From the NCBI RefSeq assembly GCF_003428155.1, contig NZ_QLIR01000004.1:1-32000 (forward strand): a stretch of DNA of 32,000 nucleotides, read 5' to 3'. The notes under the pieces are model-generated. The model was not told the origin of the DNA. It saw only the letters and a list, made by a program, of their open reading frames with translations, and ran no database searches. This DNA is from Fastidiosibacter lacustris. GTDB lineage: Bacteria; Pseudomonadota; Gammaproteobacteria; Francisellales; Francisellaceae. Within the stretch, counting starts at the first letter, position 1. Each line of letters opens with the position of its first letter. This document shows, in pieces, positions 1 to 8,817 of this stretch. The position numbers and the translations under genes are program-made.

Positions 1-411
1 TTCATTGGTTATTTTGTGCAAATAACCGTGTTTATCATATTGATACCTCATCACAGTATCACTGCTGTTGTAAGGCGCTTGAACCGTAGCGGGAATAAAA
101 TGCTGATCATTCAGATACGTATAACGCGATTGTCTTGTATTGCTTTTATCAGCAGCGTTTACGGTGCTTATGTTTAACAGTCTGTTATGATTGTCATACT
201 CAAACGAGGTGACTAAGCCATTGACTTCATTAGTGATCAATTGAGGCAGTTCAGCTTCAGTAAACTGATAGCTGATCTTCAAAGCATTATCCTCGGTGCA
301 TTGCTGGACGAAAAAAAGGTTATTAGGGCAAGTATTCCCATAAGCGTATACTAAGGGAGACAGTAAAGACGATAGAATAAGGAGAGAGATTATTGAGCTT
401 TTTTTAACCAT
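1..411 (-). CDS. YD-repeat (Rhs-family) secreted protein, N-terminal 137 codons only; the gene continues past the left window edge
   Basis: Hand translation of the reverse strand from ATG (409-411) is open for all 137 codons to position 1. It reads MVKKSSIISLLILSSLLSPLVYA (signal-peptide-like), then YD-type repeats about 20 aa apart: FEYDNHNRLLNIS, RYTYLNDQHF, YQYDKHGYLHKITN. It is not in the supplied ORF track because no stop codon lies inside the window. Confidence 0.6.
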   Translation of the reverse strand, partial: MVKKSSIISLLILSSLLSPLVYAYGNTCPNNLFFVQQCTEDNALKISYQFTEAELPQLITNEVNGLVTSFEYDNHNRLLNISTVNAADKSNTRQSRYTYLNDQHFIPATVQAPYNSSDTVMRYQYDKHGYLHKITNE

Positions 412-875
412 TTTTAACTCTTAAAGTCAGTTTAGGCACTGTTAGCAATAATATGAGGTTATGCCTAAGTAAGGTAGTGTTTTCAAGTAAAAAAATATTG
501 CATTATGTGTGGTGTGGAAATAACAATGCAGCTACTTTTTGTTACTACAAATACTTTGATCAGTTTGTTATCTGACCATTAGAATATAAATTGTAAATTT
601 AGACTTAGTGCTATTCTATCGTATAGAAGCGGTAATATGGTTGATTTTAGCTTGATAAAACAACAACAAAAACTGTTGTATGCATACAAACTCAATTCGA
701 TTAAAAATATAATGTTGCCGTTTCAATCAACTTAATTATGGGGAGAGATCAGATCAAAAGCAATGTGTCGCAACGTGTCAAAAAAGAGATGAGCATTTTG
801 AAGCATTTAGAATAAATTCTTAGAAAAAATGAAGGAATAGAATAAAACCCAGATTAATGGTAGTAGGTTAGGGGG

Positions 876-3800
876 ATGGTATCAATGACTTACCGTGATT
901 TAAAAGTTTTAAAAAATAGAAATCTTGCAGAAGAATACAATAAAATCTGCATAATAATAAGTCAATCTTCCTGGTTAAATGAATTTATTACTGTATTAAG
1001 AGCAGAAGGATGGCAAATTAAAGCAGTTTATACAGACGTTTATGCTTCAATAATGCATAACGATAAGGAAATACTATGTTATCCACTACATAAAGCACTG
1101 TGTGACATTGATAAAACACAGGTAAATTATGTTTTTAGTATTGTGAATCCAATTATCTTGCCTCAACGTATTTTACAAAAATCAATTTGTGTGAACTTTC
1201 ATCCTGCATTGTTACCAAAATATGCTGGAGTATGTCCTGTAAATTGGGCAATTTTTCAGTCTGAAAAAACACATGGTTATACATGGCACTTTTGCAGTGA
1301 GAAAATCGATCAAGGTGCAATATTATTTCAATCAAAAATACCTGTATTGCCAAATGATAATGCAAAAAAACTTATGTTAAGGTGCTACAAAAAAGCTGTT
1401 GATGAGTTTTCTCACGTTTTGGAAATACTACTAGATTCTAAGTTTTGTCTTAGAGAAACAGATTCGATTGAGTATTATGGATATAATAGAAAGCCAAATT
1501 TTTTATTAACAGATTTTGAAGATTATGCAAGTTGCAAAAGACTATTAAATGCATCTGAATCAATGGATTCCTATAACGATTTTGGTGTTGTCAAAATACT
1601 TTTGGGCAAACACTTTTATATTCTTGATGTGCTGAATAAGGCTTTCAATACATCCAAGCAAGCCGATGATAGTATAATTTATTGGAATGGACAGAAATAT
1701 TATGCGCAACTGCGGTCCCTCTATGGTGATTCTGTGATTGAAAATGCGGTCTTGTCTCACATAGAAAGCATATATATACAAAATTATTTTACCCATGTTG
1801 ATAAGCTTGGAAAATACGAATATTATTGGCTGGGTCTTTTAAGAAATTTTATGAGCCCTAAGTTGTTTTCGTATGTTAATTATGCCTATAAGAATGTCAA
1901 TAATCGATTATCTTTTCAATGTGATTTCTTGAATGAAATTGATTTACCTTATAATAAAAAAGAACTTATTTTTGCTTTATGGTGTTGTATTATTTTAAAA
2001 ATCACAAATTACCAAACAAGCACAATTTGGTTAACCCATAACTATGCAATAAATGAAAAGTTACAACCATTGTTTTACCCTTATATTCCTTTTTTGTTAA
2101 AGGAGGTTGAACACACTAGTATCTTGGAATTTATTCAGTTTTTTATAGAGAAAAAAAATAAAATACGAGATAAATATTTTTTTCTGACAGATTTATTCGC
2201 AAGAGATTTTGTACTAAAAGAGGAAAAGGAGCAGTTTTCAAGCTTTTCATTTAGCTTTTCGTATGCAAATAGCATTGCATGTCAAAATCATCCTGTAATT
2301 TTTTATTATGACCAAAATAATAATATGATGTACGTTGATTGTTTTTTACCTGAGAATAGCTTTCTAATAAAAGCTTTAGCACAGTTTGAAACATACTTTA
2401 ACATACTAACTTCATATCATTTGAATTCGAAGTTAAATGAAATTTCGTTGAATAACAGGGTAAAAACGCAAGCTTTTGATATGAATAGGGTCTTGATGCA
2501 AAATACTAAATACCAAAAGCGACTTGAGCAATTGGTTAAAGATAATGCATATGCTCAACCAAATCATACTATTGTTGTACAAAATGATCAGCAATATACC
2601 TATAAAACGTTAGTGAACGATGTCTTACATTTGTCACAAGCTTTGTCTTTCTATATCCCAGCTTCAACAATTATTGGTTTAATTGTTCCACGAGGTTACG
2701 TTTTTATCAAAAATATGTTAGCTATTTTGGAAAATAAGTCTGCCTATTTACCGATTTTCCATGAAATGGATGAAGCTGTCATGCTTGATTTGATGCTCGA
2801 AATTGGCACGTATGGGTTTATCACGGATCGCATGGTTGAGGATGATAGAGTTGCATCCAAAATTAAAATAGATTCAAACTGCTTTTTTTATATTTTTAAG
2901 CAAAAAGAAAAAGTACGGTATTTATCTGATAACGTAGCATACGTGATGTTTACTTCTGGTTCCACAGGCAAACCAAAAGGGATTCCAATTAAACATTCTA
3001 ATATTATTAATTTATGTGAAACAGATTTTATTAGAGGGATTACAAAAAATAAAAAAGTGATGCATAACAGCCAGGTTTCATTTGATGCAGCTACGTTTGA
3101 GATTTGGGGTTCTTTGTTAAACACATCAACTATTTACATTTTGGAAAACTGTTATTTAATGAGAGAAAAGGCTTACGTTTTTGATTTTTGTAAGAAGTAT
3201 TCTATTAATACAATGTGGATGAGCACAAAGCTGTTTGAGTCTTATTTAACAGACATGGCATTATTATCACGGAGCGAGCTTGAATATTTGGTGTATGGCG
3301 GTGAAAGTTGTAATGTTAGCTTAATAAAAAAATTCAGTTCATCTTGCCCATTAAAGTTGATCCATGTATATGGTCCAACAGAGAATACCGTATTTAGTAC
3401 TATACATGAATGGAAACATGACGATGAGAGCTTTTATAATGACTATCCAAATATAGGCAAGCCCTTGAAAAATGTTGAAGTTGAGGTTTATGATAAATAT
3501 TTCAATACAATGCCTTACTACGTTCCTGAGAAGTTGTTTTTGTCTGGTTTAAGCCTTTTTGAAGGTTATCTCAACGCCCCTAATACAACGATTTCTTCCC
3601 AAGATAATAGAGCTGTTTACAACTCAGGAGACATTTGTTACCTAGATGGGAAAGGAGATTTACACATCATTGGTCGTGATGACAAACTCGTTAAATTAAA
3701 TGGTTATCGTATTGAATTGCGTCATGTGGAAAGTATTTTAGCAATTAACCCTGCTGTTACATCCTGTAAAGCTGAAGTGTTCAAGATGGATAATGGTCAG

Positions 3801-5621
3801 CAGTACTTGGTAGCTTTTATCATTAGTGACAATATTAATCAGGATGAATATGAGAAGAGTATTCGCCATACATTACCAAAGTATATGATCCCAAGCTATT
3901 ACTTATATTTGGATAAGTGGCCATTAACAAGAAATGGTAAGCTAGATAGAAAAGCATTAGTCGAACGTTTTAATACTCATATCACCCAGTATCATGAACA
4001 AAAGTTAATTTGTTCAAATACTCTTAGCTTAGATAATATAATTACATTATTTCAAAAAGTTTTACCTAGTAAACATATTGCCTTAGATGGTGATTTTTTT
4101 GACTTGGGTGGAGATTCTTTATCTTTAGTCTATTTAAAGACTGAAGTAAAAAAAAGCTTTGATTTTGATTTGTCATTAGTGCAATTTTTAGAAGCTCCAA
4201 CTCCTAGGGGATTGTATGGTTTATTAACGGATGAAAACAGTACTTCAAATTACAACGTAACGGATTATATATTAAAACGGTTTAATGAATACAAAAAAGA
4301 AATTGATGAGTCTGTAGTAACCGATTCGTTTGACATGGAGGTAAGTTGCAAAAACATTCTTCTTACAGGAGCGACTGGATTTTTAGGAAGCGAGGTCTTG
4401 CGATATTTGTGTCAATATAAGAAAAATACACAAGTATATTGTTTGATAAGAGCAAAAGGTCAAGCATTTGACGTAAGAGTAAATGAATTGTTGCAAAGTT
4501 TGAAGCTTGATCAAGTAAATTTCAGTAATATTCATTTTATCAATGGTGACCTTGAAAAGTTTCAATTTGGACTTTCAGACGACGATTACCATAATTTGGC
4601 TTGCAAGGTAACCTCAATTATTCACTGTGCTTGCCACGTTCACCATTTATATAGCTATAAACAACTTGAGCAAGCCAACGTTTTTTCAACGCTAGAATTG
4701 ATCAAGTTTGCATTTTTAGGGGTAAGGAAAATGATTGTTTACACATCTTCAATATCCGCAGTTGTGCCAAAAGATGTGTCGCAAACGATTTATGAAAAAG
4801 TTTATACAGACATCCATGATTTAGCTTTAGCCAATGGCTATAATCAGACAAAATACGTTAGTGAGCTGCTACTAAATTATGCTCATCAAAAAGGGATGGC
4901 ATGCATTATTGTTAGACCTGGCTGGATTGTTGGTAATAGCCAAAGTGGTTATTTTATAACAGAAAACGATCATTATTCTATGATACTTCGTTCAGTATTA
5001 AGTTTTGGTTATGCGCCAGAATTGAATTTCAATATCAACTTTATACCTGTTGATACATTGTCAGAATTGCTAGTTAAACTAGCAAATCAAGGAAAAGAAA
5101 ATAACAAAAAAATGCAGATTATGAACCTTAAAAATAGCAAACCTCTAGCATGGCAAAGGTTGTTGAAGTTTTTAAATATGAAAAAAAGAAAAGTTATTTA
5201 TGATACAGGTCAATGGTATCAAACACTGTTAAATACAGACGAAAAATCACCGCTATTTGTTTTAAAATCACTTTATGAATCAGCAGACAAATTAAGGTTA
5301 CTGTCAAAGTATCATATTATGAAAATCGATACGACTACATGTAAAGATTGGATGCGTCAATGTGGTATAACATTCCCAAGACTAGGAAGTAAAATCATGA
5401 TGAATTTATTTCAGGCAATTGTTCCAGAATCAACGAATACGCCAAAACCTTTTATGTTGACAAACTGGTGGCAAATTATAGGTGATTTTTTAAATACAGC
5501 AAAAATAAAGGTGATAAAAATACTCAGGAAAAACAAAATAATTTCTATTGTTGGTCCCTTGATTCTCACGTCATTATTGATATATATTTTTGATTTTTTA
5601 AGCATAGTCATTTTAGAGTAA
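876..5621 (+). CDS. Stand-alone single-module NRPS-like enzyme: formyltransferase - condensation-like remnant - adenylation - peptidyl carrier - thioester reductase - C-terminal TM helix
   Basis: 1581-aa ORF. ATG 885 is the more likely start, since the GGGGG at 871-875 lies 9 nt upstream of it and directly abuts ATG 876. Motifs read in the translation: formyltransferase VNFHPALLPKYAG and EKIDQGAI; adenylation A3 YVMFTSGSTGKPKG, A4 FDAATFE, A5 VYGPTEN, A7 YNSGD, A8 GRDDKLVKLNGYRIEL, A9 LPKYMIPS, A10 NGKLDRKAL; carrier FFDLGGDSLS; reductase LLTGATGFLGSE and YNQTKYVSE; terminal hydrophobic helix IISIVGPLILTSLLIYIFDFLSIVIL. Confidence 0.85.
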   Translation: MVSMTYRDLKVLKNRNLAEEYNKICIIISQSSWLNEFITVLRAEGWQIKAVYTDVYASIMHNDKEILCYPLHKALCDIDKTQVNYVFSIVNPIILPQRILQKSICVNFHPALLPKYAGVCPVNWAIFQSEKTHGYTWHFCSEKIDQGAILFQSKIPVLPNDNAKKLMLRCYKKAVDEFSHVLEILLDSKFCLRETDSIEYYGYNRKPNFLLTDFEDYASCKRLLNASESMDSYNDFGVVKILLGKHFYILDVLNKAFNTSKQADDSIIYWNGQKYYAQLRSLYGDSVIENAVLSHIESIYIQNYFTHVDKLGKYEYYWLGLLRNFMSPKLFSYVNYAYKNVNNRLSFQCDFLNEIDLPYNKKELIFALWCCIILKITNYQTSTIWLTHNYAINEKLQPLFYPYIPFLLKEVEHTSILEFIQFFIEKKNKIRDKYFFLTDLFARDFVLKEEKEQFSSFSFSFSYANSIACQNHPVIFYYDQNNNMMYVDCFLPENSFLIKALAQFETYFNILTSYHLNSKLNEISLNNRVKTQAFDMNRVLMQNTKYQKRLEQLVKDNAYAQPNHTIVVQNDQQYTYKTLVNDVLHLSQALSFYIPASTIIGLIVPRGYVFIKNMLAILENKSAYLPIFHEMDEAVMLDLMLEIGTYGFITDRMVEDDRVASKIKIDSNCFFYIFKQKEKVRYLSDNVAYVMFTSGSTGKPKGIPIKHSNIINLCETDFIRGITKNKKVMHNSQVSFDAATFEIWGSLLNTSTIYILENCYLMREKAYVFDFCKKYSINTMWMSTKLFESYLTDMALLSRSELEYLVYGGESCNVSLIKKFSSSCPLKLIHVYGPTENTVFSTIHEWKHDDESFYNDYPNIGKPLKNVEVEVYDKYFNTMPYYVPEKLFLSGLSLFEGYLNAPNTTISSQDNRAVYNSGDICYLDGKGDLHIIGRDDKLVKLNGYRIELRHVESILAINPAVTSCKAEVFKMDNGQQYLVAFIISDNINQDEYEKSIRHTLPKYMIPSYYLYLDKWPLTRNGKLDRKALVERFNTHITQYHEQKLICSNTLSLDNIITLFQKVLPSKHIALDGDFFDLGGDSLSLVYLKTEVKKSFDFDLSLVQFLEAPTPRGLYGLLTDENSTSNYNVTDYILKRFNEYKKEIDESVVTDSFDMEVSCKNILLTGATGFLGSEVLRYLCQYKKNTQVYCLIRAKGQAFDVRVNELLQSLKLDQVNFSNIHFINGDLEKFQFGLSDDDYHNLACKVTSIIHCACHVHHLYSYKQLEQANVFSTLELIKFAFLGVRKMIVYTSSISAVVPKDVSQTIYEKVYTDIHDLALANGYNQTKYVSELLLNYAHQKGMACIIVRPGWIVGNSQSGYFITENDHYSMILRSVLSFGYAPELNFNINFIPVDTLSELLVKLANQGKENNKKMQIMNLKNSKPLAWQRLLKFLNMKKRKVIYDTGQWYQTLLNTDEKSPLFVLKSLYESADKLRLLSKYHIMKIDTTTCKDWMRQCGITFPRLGSKIMMNLFQAIVPESTNTPKPFMLTNWWQIIGDFLNTAKIKVIKILRKNKIISIVGPLILTSLLIYIFDFLSIVILE

Positions 5622-5665
5622 AAATTACTTGAATGCTAAGCTTGTAAGTTTAAAGGAGATGTGAT

Positions 5666-7180
5666 TTGGATAAACAAGATAAAGAATTAAACGTTATAGT
5701 AAATCAATATGGAATAATAGAATGTATTGATAGCAAATGTGGAAGTAGCTCAAATTTTACTGCTTTTGTAGGTAAAAGTTATAATGAAGTTTTTAAAAAA
5801 ACACATCTATTTGGTTTGGATATAGACATCAAGGATATAGTACGACTTGATTGGAAATCGAGGAATAATGATATTGAATGCAAAAGGCATTATATAGTAG
5901 TAGTTAATAACCGTGATCACGGTATCGTAAAATATAAGTTAATTAATATAGATGAAATTTTATATACAGCTGAAATGGTAATTAAAGCTAAGACTCATGA
6001 GTTAGAAAGTATTATTGATATGATACCAGGAATCCTTTATTGGAAAGATGGAAGGGGAACCTACATAAAAACAAATAACTCTATACTTGCTGGTGGCATT
6101 AAAGTTAAAGATTTGCTTGGAAAAAATGACAAAGAGATTTGGTCAGAAAAAGCAGAAGAACTCAGTCAGCATGATAATCAAATTATGATGGGCATAGTTG
6201 AAGAAAAAGTGTTAGAAGAGTCTACAGTAGAAAATGGAGAAATTAAATATTATATTGCACATAAGAAGCCATACAAAGACCATAATAACAAAATAATTGG
6301 CATTATTGGCTTATCGATAGATATAACAGAACGCAAAAAACTTGAAGCTGAGACCATCCGCCAAAAAAATCAACTTGAAAAAAAGTTAGAATATCAAAAG
6401 AACTATTTTAAAGCTTATGGATACGATTATGTGGACGCACTTAAAAAAATCTCCGATGCACTTGAGAATATTGAAAAACGACTAATGAGACTTGATATGC
6501 CAACTGGGGTACGTAGTGAACTCAATGATGAGTTTTATAATATTAATGAAAGTTTATCTGACATATACTCGCTTTATCAAAAAATAAATACATCAATATT
6601 AGATCAAGAACGCAATAATGATGATCTAGAAAAAAATCAAATGCCACTTCACTTAGAACATTTAGTTGAAACGGAAGTCGATTTAGCAAAGGCTTGCATT
6701 AGTGCTGAATTTGATGTGAATGTCTCGTTTGATATGGATGAAAAATCCAAACAAAAGCTTTATGTCGATTATAAAAAAGTCAGGCACATTATCCGCACTT
6801 TATTTGCCAATTACACAAAAGCCATAGATAGAGACAGTAGAAAAAAAGACATTCGTTTAACTATCACTGCCGAAGATGGTATGAAAGATAAATTGTATGT
6901 TACTTTTGAATTTGATGGCAATATGCCCTTTCTAGAATTAGAAGACGGTAATATTCGCGCAGAGCATCTTGTCTATAAATCTCAAAGCCATATCGCCACA
7001 GATAAACATAACTTTGCTTATGATCTTTCCTTAGCCAAGTATTATGCTGACTTGCTCTGTGATGGCGAAGAATTGAATGATTCATTATTTGAAGGACCAA
7101 GCTTTTCGTTTACCTTACCGTTTCGCAAAGTCGAAAACGATGGCAACGCTAAAGTATTTAAGCCTGTGTTGATTGAATGA
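5666..7180 (+). CDS. Cytoplasmic PAS-domain sensor protein with a degenerate histidine-kinase-like C-terminal half
   Basis: 504-aa ORF with a TTG start 7 nt after AAAGGAG (5652-5658), 44 nt after the NRPS-like gene. PAS core: IPGILYWKDGRGTYIKTNN...IIGIIGLSIDITERKKLE. The H-box position reads FKAYGYDYVDAL, with no His. The N-box-like IIRTLFANYTKAI is retained. The G1 position (FEFDGNMPF) and G2 position (FAYDLSLAKY) lack the glycines. No TM segment is seen. Confidence 0.7.
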   Translation: MDKQDKELNVIVNQYGIIECIDSKCGSSSNFTAFVGKSYNEVFKKTHLFGLDIDIKDIVRLDWKSRNNDIECKRHYIVVVNNRDHGIVKYKLINIDEILYTAEMVIKAKTHELESIIDMIPGILYWKDGRGTYIKTNNSILAGGIKVKDLLGKNDKEIWSEKAEELSQHDNQIMMGIVEEKVLEESTVENGEIKYYIAHKKPYKDHNNKIIGIIGLSIDITERKKLEAETIRQKNQLEKKLEYQKNYFKAYGYDYVDALKKISDALENIEKRLMRLDMPTGVRSELNDEFYNINESLSDIYSLYQKINTSILDQERNNDDLEKNQMPLHLEHLVETEVDLAKACISAEFDVNVSFDMDEKSKQKLYVDYKKVRHIIRTLFANYTKAIDRDSRKKDIRLTITAEDGMKDKLYVTFEFDGNMPFLELEDGNIRAEHLVYKSQSHIATDKHNFAYDLSLAKYYADLLCDGEELNDSLFEGPSFSFTLPFRKVENDGNAKVFKPVLIE

Positions 7181-7416
7181 TGAATCTAATAACAGAAGCA
7201 GCAACAAATTATTTTACTCTCTGAACTTCTAACTAAAATCAAATGCACTCTTGACCGCAAATTTAAAGGCGGTGATGATGACATAACAAAGAAAGAGCGA
7301 CTGTTTTTTGGTTAGTCGTTTTCTCTAAATTGGGATTTAGCTAGTATTAAGCACTAGCTTCTATAGCGGCTTTTAGCTATGATGCACACGTTTTCATCAT
7401 CAAAAAGGTATAGAAT

Positions 7417-8238
7417 ATGTTTAAAAAGCTTGCTGTTTTTTTCTCACTACTTATGGTTGCTTTAAGCGGCTTTCAACTTGCAGAGGCCAAACGCTTTGGA
7501 GGTGGATCAAGCCACGGCTATAGTCGTTCAGCACCAACGCAAACACATAATAATGCGACTCATACCAATGCAACTCAGAAACAAACAGGTATGGGCACTT
7601 TTGGTAAAATCCTAACAGCACTTGGGCTTGGCGCTTTATTTGCTTGGTTGTTTAGCGCGCATGGTATGACAGGTTTACTCATTGTTATTGCACTTATTGC
7701 ATTAGTTGTTTTCATCATGCGCAGAAAAGCGATGCAGCACCAAATTAATCATAAATCCAATAGTAATTTTCAATATCAGCAGCCTTCCTCACTGCATTCA
7801 GTAGCAAATGCTTTTACCCAGCATGAAAATGTAACAACTCAAAGCGCAATGTCATCGAATACGATTCAAAATGGTCAACTTCCTGATGGCACACCTGAAA
7901 CGGTGTTTAACCATCAAGCTTTAAATTTATTTAACCAGCTACAATCATTAAACAATAAGACTGGGCTTGAAAAGATTAAAAGCTACATCACTGAAGACTT
8001 ATATAAAAGTGTAATTAATGATATTCAAAGCAATGAAGAGCTTGCCGAATTTAAAGATGTTAGCTGCAAAGTTATTGATTGTGACCGACAAGGCGATCAA
8101 TGGATTGCAAGTGTCATGTTTGTTGGACAAGTTAAGGAAAATAGTTCAGGTGATTGGCAAAATTTTGAAGAAATATGGCACTTTACACGCGAAGATGGAG
8201 AGCACTTATGGCAAGTTGCAGGGGTGCAGCAGTTCTAA
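7417..8238 (+). CDS. Tim44-like domain membrane protein
   Basis: 273 aa. It has an N-terminal signal/anchor MFKKLAVFFSLLMVALSGFQLAEA followed by KRFGGGSSHGYSRS, a central TM (LLIVIALIALVVFIM), and a C-terminal region (NHQALNLFNQLQ...WHFTRE...WQVAGVQQ) typical of bacterial Tim44-like proteins. An AAAAAGG RBS lies upstream. Confidence 0.65.
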   Translation: MFKKLAVFFSLLMVALSGFQLAEAKRFGGGSSHGYSRSAPTQTHNNATHTNATQKQTGMGTFGKILTALGLGALFAWLFSAHGMTGLLIVIALIALVVFIMRRKAMQHQINHKSNSNFQYQQPSSLHSVANAFTQHENVTTQSAMSSNTIQNGQLPDGTPETVFNHQALNLFNQLQSLNNKTGLEKIKSYITEDLYKSVINDIQSNEELAEFKDVSCKVIDCDRQGDQWIASVMFVGQVKENSSGDWQNFEEIWHFTREDGEHLWQVAGVQQF

Positions 8239-8253
8239 ACTTGTCAGTTAGCC

Positions 8254-8281
8254 TTGCAATTCAAAAACAGCTTTGTATAAT
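8254..8281 (+). promoter_or_regulatory. Putative sigma70 promoter of ndk
   Basis: TTGCAA (8254-8259), a 16-nt spacer, then TATAAT (8276-8281), about 85 nt upstream of the ndk ATG. Confidence 0.5.
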
Positions 8282-8364
8282 GCCAAAACTCTATATCCCC
8301 ATTGCGAATCATTCAATTCATTCACGACAGGGATCAAAAAAATAAAATAAAAAGGATACTCAAA

Positions 8365-8790
8365 ATGGCAATTGAAAGAACACTTTCTATTATTAAACCT
8401 GATGCTGTAGCTAAAAACGTTATCGGTGAAATATACTCTCGCTTTGAGAAAGCTGGCTTAAAAGTGATTGCAGCTAAAATGAAGCAACTATCTAGCAAAG
8501 AAGCAAGTGAGTTTTATGCCGTACACAAAGCACGACCTTTCTATAATGACTTAGTTAAATTTATGACTTCAGGTCCTGTTATGATTCAAGTGTTAGAAGG
8601 TCATAATGCAATCCTTAAAAACCGTGAATTAATGGGTGCCACGAATCCTAAAGAAGCAGCTCCTGGTACAATTCGCGCTGATTTTGCTGATAGTATTGAC
8701 GCCAATGCAGTGCATGGTTCAGATGCAGCTGAAACAGCCGCTGTAGAAATTGCATTTTTCTTTAGTGGTTTAGAAGTTTATCCACGTTAA
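8365..8790 (+). CDS. ndk: Nucleoside diphosphate kinase
   Basis: [15 protein letters not shown]... and NAVHGSD (active-site His). ATG 8365 is preceded by AAAAGGA. The track ORF start at 8302 is a TTG that adds 21 non-conserved residues. Confidence 0.95.
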   Translation: MAIERTLSIIKPDAVAKNVIGEIYSRFEKAGLKVIAAKMKQLSSKEASEFYAVHKARPFYNDLVKFMTSGPVMIQVLEGHNAILKNRELMGATNPKEAAPGTIRADFADSIDANAVHGSDAAETAAVEIAFFFSGLEVYPR

Positions 8791-8817
8791 CCACTTAACA
8801 GAATAAGTTATAAGATC

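Noticed and set aside
637-812. Small ORFs (33 and 25 codons) in the Rhs/NRPS divergent intergenic region
   Set aside because: They have no convincing RBS and no recognisable sequence. In AT-rich DNA such ORFs arise readily.
1153-5611. Five short reverse-strand ORFs (1153-1365, 1560-1796, 2888-3124, 4383-4565, 5411-5611) inside the NRPS-like gene
   Set aside because: They lie fully antisense within a long ORF with strong domain motifs. Low-complexity AT-rich translations and the absence of an RBS make them typical spurious ORFs.
7291-7330. Terminator after the PAS gene (AGCGACT-GTTTTTTGGTT-AGTCGTT followed by TTCTCT)
   Set aside because: The stem is 7 bp including a G.U pair, the loop is large, and the U-tract is poor. 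It is too weak to call.
8018-8251. 77-aa + strand ORF overlapping the Tim44-like gene in another frame
   Set aside because: It is embedded in the better-supported 273-aa ORF and has no independent signals.
8302-8364. Upstream TTG start of the ndk ORF in the track
   Set aside because: It adds 21 residues not found at NDK N-termini. ATG 8365 gives the canonical [13 protein letters not shown] start and has an RBS.
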